Virus record (IMG/VR): IMGVR_UViG_3300018083_000005
Coordinates: 1 to 57,639 of that record
Direction: 5' to 3' (one strand)
Source: a virus
Lineage: Duplodnaviria; Caudoviricetes
DNA: 57,639 nucleotides
Part shown: positions 8,828 through 18,543 of the stretch, one piece after another
Layout of the letters: every line of letters starts with the position of its first letter
Position numbering within the stretch: position 1 is the stretch's first letter
Notes under the pieces: generated by a model
Told to the model about the DNA's origin: nothing
What the model saw: only the letters and a program-made list of their open reading frames with translations
Database searches by the model: none
Made by a program: the position numbers and the translations under genes

Positions 8828-9265
8828 ATGCAGAAGCCACTTATTGCAGGTATAGCTGTCGGTATTATTCTACTTATTAGTGGTGGAGCTACAGCCGTTC
8901 AGTTAAGTGCAAATTCGACGGCGATCAATCCTGCACTTGGCGCACCCCCCGTGAGAGTTGTATCTGTTAGTGATACTGCTATTCAACTGGACTATGGGCC
9001 GTCGCAACCTGGCCCATTCAAAGCAGGTGTAGCAAAGGCAACGTCACTGGTAATTAACTGGCCCGCATCAATAGATACACTTCATCCAATAGGTCTTACA
9101 TACACAGTTGTCAAGGATGGCGTAGTTATCAATTCAGGACTCGTCGGTAACTCTATTAAAGTAAGTTTTTCTCCAAAGATACGTTCATTCAGATTTTGTG
9201 TTAAAGCTGTAAACTCTGCAGGTATATCCTCGCCGTTTGGTTGTACAACTTTTACAGGACAGTAA
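8828..9265 (+). CDS. secreted or membrane-anchored fibronectin type III-like protein
   Basis: Start at ATG 8828 after AGGAG; hydrophobic N-terminus; W-PAS-D...Y-V...F-VKAVNSAG FN3 signature. Confidence 0.7.
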   Translation: MQKPLIAGIAVGIILLISGGATAVQLSANSTAINPALGAPPVRVVSVSDTAIQLDYGPSQPGPFKAGVAKATSLVINWPASIDTLHPIGLTYTVVKDGVVINSGLVGNSIKVSFSPKIRSFRFCVKAVNSAGISSPFGCTTFTGQ

Positions 9266-9657
9266 TGTATGATGCGGATACTCTGCTACAAAGATGGCTT
9301 GCAGATGAATCCGATCGCGCAGAACGTGCATGGGATAATCTAATCAATGCGATACGTAAAGCTCCAAATATTCCACTACATGATCTAGATAAATGGATTG
9401 AACTCAATCATCAACTGCCCCGTACAGGGCGGGATGATCGTAGACCAAGACCGAAGATCGTGGACAAACTAACTAAGAGACAAGAGCAGGTATTGCAGAT
9501 GTATGCCAGTGGTCTATCCCGTGAGGAGATTGGTCAGAGACTCGGGATATCTCCTGAGACAGTGAAGAATCACTTTGCTAGAGCGCGTTATAGACTAGGA
9601 GCATTGACTTCTGCAAATGCTGTTGCCATTGCTATACGAGAAGGTTTCATTAAATAG
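9265..9657 (+). CDS. LuxR/GerE-family HTH protein
   Basis: LTKRQEQVLQMYASGLSREEIGQRLGISPETVKNH...LGA...AVAIAIREG; start at TAATG overlap. Confidence 0.9.
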   Translation: MYDADTLLQRWLADESDRAERAWDNLINAIRKAPNIPLHDLDKWIELNHQLPRTGRDDRRPRPKIVDKLTKRQEQVLQMYASGLSREEIGQRLGISPETVKNHFARARYRLGALTSANAVAIAIREGFIK

Positions 9658-9867
9658 ATGCCTCTACTACTCCTTTGGCATCCGAGAGTCACGCATGCTG
9701 TTGTTGTTCCGCTGGAACTGGAAATCGTTGGTTATACACGTAGATGGACAGTTGCAGAACCACGCAGAAGATGGGCTGTTACTGGCTATACGCAACGCTG
9801 GCAAGTTATCGTATATGCGGCCCGATGGGTCATAATGGAAGCTAGGAGGGTGCTATGGAAGTTATAA
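9658..9867 (+). CDS. small protein with repeated RRWxV motifs
   Basis: Fills the operon gap; MPLLLLW start; repeated GYT-x-RW units. Confidence 0.65.
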   Translation: MPLLLLWHPRVTHAVVVPLELEIVGYTRRWTVAEPRRRWAVTGYTQRWQVIVYAARWVIMEARRVLWKL

Positions 9868-10175
9868 AGAAGGGTTCGGTGGAGTCACTCCTAGTTGCTC
9901 TGGGTGACAGGCTGAACAACATTACTACACTTAGTGGGGTGACTAATCTGAAGTTCGATACCAAGAAAAAGTCAGACAACAGTGCCATCGAGACTAACAA
10001 GACGGTCGTACTAGATGCTGACTATCCTATGACCGCTATTTGTGAAATCGATTCTACTCTCGCTGGTTACGATATTACTCCTGACGATGCAGAATTCAAA
10101 CTGTACGTCAAATACACGGCTGGTACTGAGGCTCCTATCCTTGGGCCACTGTACTTTAGAGTGGAGGATGACTGA
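9855..10175 (+). CDS. BppU-N-like Ig-fold virion adaptor
   Basis: IKKG...L-D...LSG...F...Y-KY...F-V-D pattern resembling BppU N-terminal domains; AGGAGG RBS. Confidence 0.55.
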   Translation: MEVIKKGSVESLLVALGDRLNNITTLSGVTNLKFDTKKKSDNSAIETNKTVVLDADYPMTAICEIDSTLAGYDITPDDAEFKLYVKYTAGTEAPILGPLYFRVEDD

Positions 10176-10384
10176 TGACTAAAACTGAGGAAGTAGAAGC
10201 TGATAGAGAAGTCATCAGGGTCATGGAGTGGCGAGCAGGCTGGTTACGCGCTGGCGGGTTTACTAAGCGTAATGCTAACCTCCTCGCATGTAGTAACATC
10301 GACTGGCGCTATGCGAATAAAGTCCTGAAAGATGCCCTCGACAAAGGTTACGATCAAGATTTCGTAATGACACTTATCTCATGA
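10175..10384 (+). CDS. small conserved hypothetical protein
   Basis: V-x-WR-xx-L-xAG-F...A-xx-LA...ID pattern; coupled to both neighbours. Confidence 0.7.
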   Translation: MTKTEEVEADREVIRVMEWRAGWLRAGGFTKRNANLLACSNIDWRYANKVLKDALDKGYDQDFVMTLIS

Positions 10385-11781
10385 TCGATCCAGAACGCAA
10401 AGCGTACATCTTCAATGAGTTGGGCTATACGGCCCATTCGCCTAAGCAACAGGCTATCCATGATTCCGATGCGCGGTTCAAGGTACTCGCCTGTGGCCGT
10501 CGTTATGGAAAGACCACCTTCGGCGGTAATGAATTAACTGCGGCTCTCATGGACTATGACGATCCCGGCTGGTACTGGATCGTCGGCCCGAAGTACACAC
10601 TAGGTGAAAAGGAATTCCGCGTCGTCTTCGCCAACATCATACGCAAGCTCAAGCTAGGTGCCAAAGTCAAGAAGTCGTATAACGTCAAGCAAGGCGACAT
10701 GGTTATCGAAATGCCGTGGGGTTCGATCCTTGAGGTCAAGTCGGCTGAGCGGCAGGACACCCTGCTAGGAGAAGGTCTGTCCGGCGTCGTCATGGCCGAG
10801 GCTGCGCGGCATACCTCAGAGACATGGGAACAGTATGTACGTCCTGCGCTGGCAGACAAGCGTGGATGGGCCATCTTCGCATCTACCCCTCGCGGCTACA
10901 ACTGGTACCAGGGATTATGGATGCTTGGTCAGAATCGACTCATGCATCCTCAGTACGAATCGTGGCGCTTGCCCTCATGGGAGAATCCCATCGTTTATCC
11001 CGGTGGGCGTGAAGACCCTGAGATAATTGAACAGGAACAGCGTGTATCTCCTCAGTGGTTCGCACAGGAGCTTGCGGCTGAGTTCACAGCATACGCTGGC
11101 AAGATTTACGATGAATTCGATCAGAACATTCACGTCAAGCATATCGAGTACAACCCACTATGGACAAACGTGTGGGCATTGGACTACGGATGGACAAACC
11201 AGTTTGTCTGTCTAGACGTAATGATCGATCCAGAGGATAACTTTCATGTATGGCGCGAATACATGGTAACAGAGAAGACCACGTTTGAGCATGCTGGTCT
11301 ACTCCTGAAGCGTTCAGACAATCCACCTGATTACCATGTCGATTGGGGAGGAGGCGATCCTAGAGGCCCGGATCAAGCAAACACCATTGCGATAATCACT
11401 GGTGTCCAGATTTACAGCAGTGATATTGGTGAAGGTAATGCTCATGAATCGTGGACGCTCGGTGTCGAACATGTTAAGCAGCTACTCAAGGTGCAACCTA
11501 ATGGTTTGCCTAAGCTGACCATTGATCCTTCCTGTGTAAATCTTATTCGACAGATGGATCAGTTGCATGCCCCTGATCCCAAAGAAGGCAAGAATGCCCC
11601 TGAAGGTCAACATAAGCATGATGATCACGGGCCTGATGCACTTCGTTACTTGGTCGGTCAGTATTTCGAGTCGGGCGCAGGATCATCCCTGGGCGATATC
11701 TACGGTAAGGGCATGAGGCAGACCGAAGCCATGACGTTTTTCCAAAATAATTCGCCAATGGCAAGGAATGCAAGATTTTGA
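10381..11781 (+). CDS. terL: terminase large subunit
   Basis: Walker A GRRYGKT, Walker B VVMAEAA, coupling motif STP, nuclease LDYG and DDHGPDALRY. Confidence 0.97.
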   Translation: MIDPERKAYIFNELGYTAHSPKQQAIHDSDARFKVLACGRRYGKTTFGGNELTAALMDYDDPGWYWIVGPKYTLGEKEFRVVFANIIRKLKLGAKVKKSYNVKQGDMVIEMPWGSILEVKSAERQDTLLGEGLSGVVMAEAARHTSETWEQYVRPALADKRGWAIFASTPRGYNWYQGLWMLGQNRLMHPQYESWRLPSWENPIVYPGGREDPEIIEQEQRVSPQWFAQELAAEFTAYAGKIYDEFDQNIHVKHIEYNPLWTNVWALDYGWTNQFVCLDVMIDPEDNFHVWREYMVTEKTTFEHAGLLLKRSDNPPDYHVDWGGGDPRGPDQANTIAIITGVQIYSSDIGEGNAHESWTLGVEHVKQLLKVQPNGLPKLTIDPSCVNLIRQMDQLHAPDPKEGKNAPEGQHKHDDHGPDALRYLVGQYFESGAGSSLGDIYGKGMRQTEAMTFFQNNSPMARNARF

Positions 11782-13265
11782 GTACGATCACAGATGCAGA
11801 GCTAGTTGAGTTTGTCCTAGAGCATCCCGAATATACGGGGCTGGTAATTACGCCTGAGCGTAAGCCTTCACTCTGGGACAGGATCAGTGGTAATCAAGCC
11901 ACGGCAACTACTGATCCACGGAGAGTCGTCAGCGGTACTTCATACGCTGCCAAAGGGTCAATCAGTACGAAGGCTGTTGGAGTCGAGCTAGGTTCATCGC
12001 GTGGCGGACTTCTCCGCGATGTGGTGCCTGCACTAGCCGCTCGCAACCAGGCGTTCGCAATATATGACGAAATGGCTAACGGCGATGGTGCCGTTGACGT
12101 TTCTCTCCGCGCTGCAAAGATGCCCGTCATGGGAGCCAACTACTTCGTAGAGGCTTTCGATGAATCAGAGGAAGCGGCGGTCATTGCAGAATTCGTAGAG
12201 TACAATCTTCTTGAAGGTTCTAACTCTCCATTCTTGAACGTGTTGGAGGATATCCTCCGCATGTATGAATTCGGTTATTCGGTACTGGAAAAGGTATACG
12301 AGGAGCGCGAATGGTCGCCCCGCAAGACGGGAGCTAATCGGCGCAAATACACGATGCTGCGGAAGCTGTCTCCTCGTCCTACCCCGACTATCAAGGAGAT
12401 AGTCTATGACAACAACGGTGGGCCTGTTGAATTTGTACAGGCTGCTGTACAAGCCGATGGTAAGCCTATCGATAAGAAAATTCCAATCGAAAAGCTTGTC
12501 GTCTTCACTCACAATAGGAAGGGTGGAAATCTGGAAGGGAAGTCCCTCCTGAGAACCGCCTATCGTTCATGGTACTTCAAAACCAATCTATACAATATTG
12601 ACGGTATCCAGAAGGAACGTCATGGTATGGGCTTCCCGGTTGTTGAGCTTCCGCCAGGATACAAGGATGACGACGTTACGGCTGCAGTCGAGCTTGTTCG
12701 GAACATTCGCACGAATGAACATGGTGGTGCTGTTATTCCGCCCAAGTGGGTTCTCAGATTCCTTGAACTGCCGGGACAGCCTGTGAACGTTCTTGAATCG
12801 ATTGAACACCATAACGGTCAGATCATGCTCAATACCATGACCCAATTTCTGCTACTCGGAATCTCCGGGGCGGGGGGTGGACGTGCTACTTCTGGATCAC
12901 AGCAGGACATGTTCAACAAGTCACTACGCTATGTGGCTAACCAAATCTGTGAATCGATCAACCTCTACTGCATCCCCTACTTGGTGGGTTATAATTTCAC
13001 GACGGACAAGTTTCCGAAGCTTCGGGCGCGTAACCTAGGTGAAACGAAAGACCTGCAACAGTGGGCGTCTGCAATGGCGAACCTCAAGGGACAGGGACTT
13101 GTCAACTGGACACCTGAAACTGAGGAATGGGTGCGAGAAGTGATTGATGCACCACTCACGCCGGGTAAGCCTCCTGTGGAGGGGTCAACGGCCTCTCAAA
13201 AAGGTAACGTGACTTCACAGAACGACGGCAATAGCAATGCCGCTACGGATAACGCGGAGGGTTAA
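11778..13265 (+). CDS. portal protein (Mu gp29/DUF935-like)
   Basis: Follows TerL; FGYSVLE, GKSLLRTAY..WYFK, ERHGMG motifs. Confidence 0.92.
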   Translation: MSTITDAELVEFVLEHPEYTGLVITPERKPSLWDRISGNQATATTDPRRVVSGTSYAAKGSISTKAVGVELGSSRGGLLRDVVPALAARNQAFAIYDEMANGDGAVDVSLRAAKMPVMGANYFVEAFDESEEAAVIAEFVEYNLLEGSNSPFLNVLEDILRMYEFGYSVLEKVYEEREWSPRKTGANRRKYTMLRKLSPRPTPTIKEIVYDNNGGPVEFVQAAVQADGKPIDKKIPIEKLVVFTHNRKGGNLEGKSLLRTAYRSWYFKTNLYNIDGIQKERHGMGFPVVELPPGYKDDDVTAAVELVRNIRTNEHGGAVIPPKWVLRFLELPGQPVNVLESIEHHNGQIMLNTMTQFLLLGISGAGGGRATSGSQQDMFNKSLRYVANQICESINLYCIPYLVGYNFTTDKFPKLRARNLGETKDLQQWASAMANLKGQGLVNWTPETEEWVREVIDAPLTPGKPPVEGSTASQKGNVTSQNDGNSNAATDNAEG

Positions 13266-14992
13266 TGAAGGACTACTCACAGATTGTCACAAAGGTAACA
13301 TCTACACCATGGATGATTACGCCTACATCCTTGCGGATGATTCTCGACATTCTCGACCAGCACATGTCGGGTAACCATAAAATTGAGCAGGGTATGTTCG
13401 ATGTGGGTGAAAGCAATGCTCCACTAGCCATGCGAGTAGGCTCTGTGGGGGTTTTGTCCCTGAGTGGGCCGATCTTCCCGAAGGCGAACATGATGACGGA
13501 AATGAGTGGAGCTACATCGCTTCAGCAGTTCCGTAACGAGTTCAATGGACTCCTACATGATGATGCAGTCAAGTCCATTCTACTCGACATTGATTCGCCT
13601 GGTGGACTTAGCGATATGGTTGACGAGATGGCTACAGAGATTCATGAGGCTAATAGCATTAAGCCTATTATCTCAGTTGCCAATACCGCAGCTAATTCCG
13701 CAGCGTACTATCTTGCATCGCAGGCTAGCAAGATGTACGTGACTCCATCAGGACAGATTGGTTCAATCGGTACGTTTATGGTACATACCGATGAAAGTCA
13801 GGCACGTGAGCAGAAGGGTGTAAAGCAAACGATTATCAAAGCCGGTCGCTTTAAGGCTATTCCGTTTGAGCCTCTTACACCTGAATCTGAGGATCATCTA
13901 CAGAGCCTAGTTGATCAGACCAACGATAAGTTTGTGAGTGCAGTTGCGCGTGGTCGCGGCGTAGATGATCAGTATGTTCGTGAAAACTTCGGTGAAGGTG
14001 GAATCGTCAGTCCTGATCATGCTCTTGAAGTAGGCATGATTGACGGTATCTATACCTTCGATGAAGTCCTTGACAGTATGAGTCTACCAGTTGGAGGTGG
14101 TGCATCGGCATATCAGACTAGCCTAGTGGTTCCGATGATTAGTGGAACTATTACCAGTCCACTAACTGTTACGACTTCGGGTACTGGTATTGATTGGCCT
14201 GATACTTGGGGCATCCCTGGTCGTAAGCAATATGACGCTGGTAAGGAACACTCGGAACCCGGCACAGGACAGGGAGGCGAACCTACTCCACGGGAGTCTC
14301 CAAATAAGGATGATAAAGCCATCGAAGGAGGATGGAGGCGCGATCCGCCACCTATTGCATATGAGGAACAGGAGGAAAGTGCAGTGAATAGAGCATGGAT
14401 GGAGGCTAGGGCCACCGTACTCGGAATCGATTTTGATGACGAGACTTCGGATGAAGGTCTTGCCAATGAGATTCAGGCGCGCATCGAAGAAATCGTTGTG
14501 CCTCTGAATACTGCTACGGCTGATGCCGTTAAGCAGCGTGAGTTTGCAGATCAGTACCCTGAGCAGGCAGCACTTCTCAATAAGCTCAAGGCTGATCAGG
14601 CTGCAACTGAGGCTCACACGTTCGCAGAGAGCTTTGCACGTTTTGAGGGTGAGAAGAAGGGTTACTCGACTCTCGTTCGTGACAAGATCGAAGAAGCACA
14701 CAAGAGTGTTGCACTTCGGCAGTTTTCGCATGATGATCTAAAGGAACTTCTCGACCTTACGACTTCCAAGGAAGCCGTTGTGGAGTGGGGCGAGACTGGT
14801 TCATCGCGTGAGGGCGAGCAGACGAGCAACGTTGCTCCTACGCGCAACTTCGTTGAGGATCGCAAGCAGTTCGCTGAGCTTGTTAGGAGTGCAATGACTG
14901 AGGACAATCTGACTCAGGCGGCTGCAATTGCTCATGTTTCAGAACAGAATCCTGAGCTTGCACAGGCATATCTTACCGGGCACGTTAAGTAG
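13265..14992 (+). CDS. S49 head maturation protease fused to scaffold domain
   Basis: LDIDSPGG, ANSAAYYLAS, GSIG motifs; acidic helical C-terminal part. Confidence 0.93.
   Translation: MKDYSQIVTKVTSTPWMITPTSLRMILDILDQHMSGNHKIEQGMFDVGESNAPLAMRVGSVGVLSLSGPIFPKANMMTEMSGATSLQQFRNEFNGLLHDDAVKSILLDIDSPGGLSDMVDEMATEIHEANSIKPIISVANTAANSAAYYLASQASKMYVTPSGQIGSIGTFMVHTDESQAREQKGVKQTIIKAGRFKAIPFEPLTPESEDHLQSLVDQTNDKFVSAVARGRGVDDQYVRENFGEGGIVSPDHALEVGMIDGIYTFDEVLDSMSLPVGGGASAYQTSLVVPMISGTITSPLTVTTSGTGIDWPDTWGIPGRKQYDAGKEHSEPGTGQGGEPTPRESPNKDDKAIEGGWRRDPPPIAYEEQEESAVNRAWMEARATVLGIDFDDETSDEGLANEIQARIEEIVVPLNTATADAVKQREFADQYPEQAALLNKLKADQAATEAHTFAESFARFEGEKKGYSTLVRDKIEEAHKSVALRQFSHDDLKELLDLTTSKEAVVEWGETGSSREGEQTSNVAPTRNFVEDRKQFAELVRSAMTEDNLTQAAAIAHVSEQNPELAQAYLTGHVK
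14384..14992 (+). CDS. nested in-frame scaffold protein (internal start)
   Basis: GGAGG at 14371-14375, in-frame GTG 8 nt later; same arrangement as lambda C/Nu3. Confidence 0.55.
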   Translation: MNRAWMEARATVLGIDFDDETSDEGLANEIQARIEEIVVPLNTATADAVKQREFADQYPEQAALLNKLKADQAATEAHTFAESFARFEGEKKGYSTLVRDKIEEAHKSVALRQFSHDDLKELLDLTTSKEAVVEWGETGSSREGEQTSNVAPTRNFVEDRKQFAELVRSAMTEDNLTQAAAIAHVSEQNPELAQAYLTGHVK

Positions 14993-15008
14993 AGAGAGGA
15001 GGAAATAA

Positions 15009-15407
15009 ATGCCTGCTAGTGTTACCGCGAACTACCTTCAGCACAAGGGATACAATGCTGCTGCGGCCTTGACGAAGTTTCGCGCTGTCAAGTTTTCTGC
15101 GGCTGAGACTGTAACCCCTGTGACTGCTATCACTGACACTATTGCTGGTATCGTCCAGCATGATGTGACTTCGGGAGAAATCCTGAAGGGCAAGGGTGCA
15201 TCGATTGCAGTCGAAGGCGATTCAATCATGGAAGCTGCAGGCGCAATTGCTATCGGCGTTCAGGTTTGTCTTGCCGCCGATGGTCGTGCGCTTACTCGTA
15301 CAACTGGCAACCGCATCATCGGCCATTGTGTTGAAGCTGCATCCGGTGCAGGGAAATTCTGCCGTGTGCATCTTTCACTCGATGGTGATGTTGCTGGAAC
15401 TGCGTAA
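15009..15407 (+). CDS. capsid decoration/cement protein (DUF2190-like)
   Basis: 132 aa, Ala/Gly-rich, EAAGAIAIG...DGRA motif, directly before the capsid gene. Confidence 0.85.
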   Translation: MPASVTANYLQHKGYNAAAALTKFRAVKFSAAETVTPVTAITDTIAGIVQHDVTSGEILKGKGASIAVEGDSIMEAAGAIAIGVQVCLAADGRALTRTTGNRIIGHCVEAASGAGKFCRVHLSLDGDVAGTA

Positions 15408-15427
15408 GGAAGGGGTGATTTAGAGTC

Positions 15428-16432
15428 ATGATGTATGATCCTGGTACTCTGTACTCCGACCCCATCCTTACGGATTTCTCGGTCGGGTACGCCAATCCCT
15501 CTTTTGTGGGATTGAGGATGATGCCACAGGCTGCTGTTAATACACAGTCTGGTAGGTATCGCGTTTTCGATAGAAGCAAGCGTGTTCGTTTCTTCTCAAG
15601 GCGTGAGCCTGGTACGGTCGCCAATGAAGTGCGCGGAGGCCGCTGGTCTGAAGACACGTTCAAGACTGTTGAGCATTCACTTCAGGCCGCTGTCGCAGAC
15701 GAGGAAAGGCAGGAGCTTAATTCTCAGGGTGGACTCGCCAATGCAACTTTCGGTGGCGCGTTGCAGCTTGACCCCGAGCAGGATGCTGCTGAACTCGTCA
15801 ATAGTTCACTTCAGCTTGAGCATGAACTTGCTGTTGCTGCATTGCTTAGGAACACTGCAACATATCCCGTTGGCAATACTGTCACCCTCGCGGCGGCAGA
15901 TCAGTGGGATAACTATGCGGGTGCAACTTCTGACCCGTTGAAGATCGTTCAGGCCGCTGTTCGTAAGATTCAAAGCCTGATCGGTATTGCACCGAATCGT
16001 ATGCTTATCGGTAGCATCGGCGTCGGTTGGCTTGCTGAGCATCCTGACGTTGTTGCTCGTTTCGCCGGACTCAGCCTTGCTGATCCGGAGGCGTGGAAGA
16101 TTCTCACTGGCTTTGAAGGTGAGATGGTTCTCGTCGGTGACGATAGGTACAACGATAACGATATTCAGGAAGCAACTGAGTCGGCATTGTTTGCGTGGGG
16201 CAAGGACGTTATCCTCGCATACGTGCAGCCTGACATGCAGTTGAACGACCTGTCATTCGGAAAGACTTTCGCACAAATCTATCCGGATGGTTCGACTAAG
16301 CCGACTGATCGTTGGCGTGAGGAGGAGCGCAAGTCTGACCTCGTTCGCACGTCTTGGAAGTACGATCTAAAGGTCACGTCGTCGGTTGCAGGCTACTTGA
16401 TCAAGGACGCCTTCAGTTCGACCGCTTGGTAA
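15428..16432 (+). CDS. major capsid protein
   Basis: DPILTDFSVGY, W...SDP, PN-M motifs of gpE/Mu-like HK97-fold capsids; position. Confidence 0.92.
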   Translation: MMYDPGTLYSDPILTDFSVGYANPSFVGLRMMPQAAVNTQSGRYRVFDRSKRVRFFSRREPGTVANEVRGGRWSEDTFKTVEHSLQAAVADEERQELNSQGGLANATFGGALQLDPEQDAAELVNSSLQLEHELAVAALLRNTATYPVGNTVTLAAADQWDNYAGATSDPLKIVQAAVRKIQSLIGIAPNRMLIGSIGVGWLAEHPDVVARFAGLSLADPEAWKILTGFEGEMVLVGDDRYNDNDIQEATESALFAWGKDVILAYVQPDMQLNDLSFGKTFAQIYPDGSTKPTDRWREEERKSDLVRTSWKYDLKVTSSVAGYLIKDAFSSTAW

Positions 16433-16441
16433 TAGGAGAGG

Positions 16442-16831
16442 ATGCAAATGGCTAAGTTCTACGTTTGGAGTACGATCCATAACGGGGGTGAAGTTGGCGA
16501 AGTCACTTCACCTATTGGTCAAAAGAAGACTGTTCTACTTAGTAGGAACACTCTCGATGTTGGTAGCGAAGTGACCAAGGCTAAGTCAGGGCTGTCGGAT
16601 GATGAATGGGACGCGATGATCGAAGGTGGATCGATTCGTCCCTATCCTATGCCTGCCGACGCTGACGAATATACTTCGCCTGCACAGGCCGTCATCAGGA
16701 GTCTAGTTACACAATCGGGTGACTTTGATCAGAACATTCTCATGGAGCTTGCTCTGACTCAGCCTCTACCTGAGAATCCTCCCGCCGATGAAGCAAAGGA
16801 AGTTGAAGCTAAGCCGGTCGGAGTCAAGTAG
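16442..16831 (+). CDS. hypothetical head-associated protein
   Basis: AGGAGAGG RBS; between capsid and adaptor genes. Confidence 0.75.
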   Translation: MQMAKFYVWSTIHNGGEVGEVTSPIGQKKTVLLSRNTLDVGSEVTKAKSGLSDDEWDAMIEGGSIRPYPMPADADEYTSPAQAVIRSLVTQSGDFDQNILMELALTQPLPENPPADEAKEVEAKPVGVK

Positions 16832-16833
16832 CA

Positions 16834-17265
16834 ATGGCGATTGTCGATGATCCAGATGTGCAAGTTCATCTGCCATACGACAAACTGAAGATAGAGGAAA
16901 TCCCTGACGATCTAGCAAAGTGTAAACTAGACACTGAGCGGATCGTCAGGGGCTACCTCGCAGGGGTCATTCCGGCCGCTACGATGGCACTATGGACTGC
17001 CCCTACTAATGTACCGGAAGTAATCCGTGCGGCTGCTGGTCGCCTCTGTGCTGCTCTTATTTATCGTACACGGTATTCGGAGCAGTCACTAGATGATCCA
17101 CAGTTCGCACAGAATAAGTACGACGAAGCAATGGCAATGCTACAGGGCATCATTGATGGTAGTATTATCGTTGATGGTGTTGTAACTGTTCAGTTTGACA
17201 ACACGTACTTCTGGCCCAATGATTCTACTGGTGAGCCAGTGTTCACGATGGATGGTCGGTATTGA
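16834..17265 (+). CDS. head-tail adaptor (Mu gp36-like)
   Basis: V-GYL...P-VI...Y..YDEAMAML-GI-DG pattern. Confidence 0.8.
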   Translation: MAIVDDPDVQVHLPYDKLKIEEIPDDLAKCKLDTERIVRGYLAGVIPAATMALWTAPTNVPEVIRAAAGRLCAALIYRTRYSEQSLDDPQFAQNKYDEAMAMLQGIIDGSIIVDGVVTVQFDNTYFWPNDSTGEPVFTMDGRY

Positions 17266-17837
17266 GTTCTATCACTTTTACCTGGGAGCCTAATCCTGCT
17301 GTCTTTGCACGTAGTTTAGAAGCTGTTGCAGTTGCACTTGAAAATCGTGTACCGCCGCTTATGGCTGCAAGTGAGGAGCTACAGGCTAGTATCAGGGAAC
17401 GGTTTGAAACTGGTACTGATCCCGAAGGTAACGCATGGAAAGAGTGGTCTGAATCATATAGGCCAGTTGCAGAAGCGTATCCTAATATCGGTATTCTCCG
17501 ACAGACGGATGCTCTGATGGAAGCAGCTAGTTCTTCAGAGGCCACGATAGTGACACACGATACGGTTTTCTATAAGACTACGGCGTTGCCTTCATATGGA
17601 CTTGAGCATGAATCAGGGGCGGAAGATCGTAGTCCTCCCTTGCCACAGCGATCATTTCTCGGCCTGTCCGATGAATCTGTACTGAAAGTCTATGGTCTGT
17701 TCACTGAGTGGTTTGACGCGGCTATCAGCCTTTATCCTACTTCCACAGGAAGGATTGGTGCCCGACACTCCATTCGTGGTGCAACAGGCTTCGTATCTCG
17801 TTCCTCTGTCGGTCGAGGGCCATTGCCTAAGCTCTAA
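17262..17837 (+). CDS. virion morphogenesis / tail completion protein (Mu gpG-like)
   Basis: RF-xx-xDPEG-xW, IL-xT-xL, LPQRSFLGLS motifs. Confidence 0.85.
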   Translation: MSSITFTWEPNPAVFARSLEAVAVALENRVPPLMAASEELQASIRERFETGTDPEGNAWKEWSESYRPVAEAYPNIGILRQTDALMEAASSSEATIVTHDTVFYKTTALPSYGLEHESGAEDRSPPLPQRSFLGLSDESVLKVYGLFTEWFDAAISLYPTSTGRIGARHSIRGATGFVSRSSVGRGPLPKL

Positions 17838-18292
17838 TGGCACAGGATTACTATGATATCCTACAACCCTTTGATTTCATCGTTGACCTACTTAACGATA
17901 ACAAGGCAACCCTGGGCCTTCGCTACATTGCTCAGAATGATGAGGAACTTATCCCACAGTATCCCGCTGTGTTGGTTCAGACAGATCGGACAGATACGCA
18001 ACAGCATGCTACGGGACAATTTCTCAAACAGTTCTACCTTGACCTGTGGGTTTTTCACGCAGAGCTAACGGTAGGTAGGGCGACTCGTTCACGTAAGGAT
18101 ATTGAACTGGCAACAGCAATTCGACACCTGCTCCACACAAACTACACGCAGAATGGTCATATCATCTTTGGATTTGTGAATGGTGAGAACCCTGGGATAG
18201 CTGCAAGGATCATCGGGGGTAGTCTCTCCACCATAGTTACAACTCGGCTAACGTGGGTTGGTGAAAATCGAGTGCCCTACGAAGTTGGATAG
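17837..18292 (+). CDS. putative tail terminator
   Basis: Size, YPAVLV motif and position before tail tube. Confidence 0.65.
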   Translation: MAQDYYDILQPFDFIVDLLNDNKATLGLRYIAQNDEELIPQYPAVLVQTDRTDTQQHATGQFLKQFYLDLWVFHAELTVGRATRSRKDIELATAIRHLLHTNYTQNGHIIFGFVNGENPGIAARIIGGSLSTIVTTRLTWVGENRVPYEVG

Positions 18293-18303
18293 CAGGAGGA
18301 TCA

Positions 18304-18543
18304 ATGGCATACAAGTTGGAAGTGGATCATCCCGATTTCCCAAAGGATTGGGAATTCGATATGGATGGTGTTCTCGTCAAGAATGGTGGTTCTGCAACAT
18401 TGACTGAGGAAGACGAGCTAGCCATCTTTAATCGAAGTGGTGGACTCACAGTTAAACAGGTCTTTGGGCACAAAGATGTACCCGACTATATCAAGTTGAC
18501 GGGTACAAAAGCGTCCGATGTGAAAGAAGGGGGTGACACTTAA
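18304..18543 (+). CDS. small hypothetical tail-region protein
   Basis: AGGAGG RBS; TAATG-coupled to tail tube. Confidence 0.75.
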   Translation: MAYKLEVDHPDFPKDWEFDMDGVLVKNGGSATLTEEDELAIFNRSGGLTVKQVFGHKDVPDYIKLTGTKASDVKEGGDT

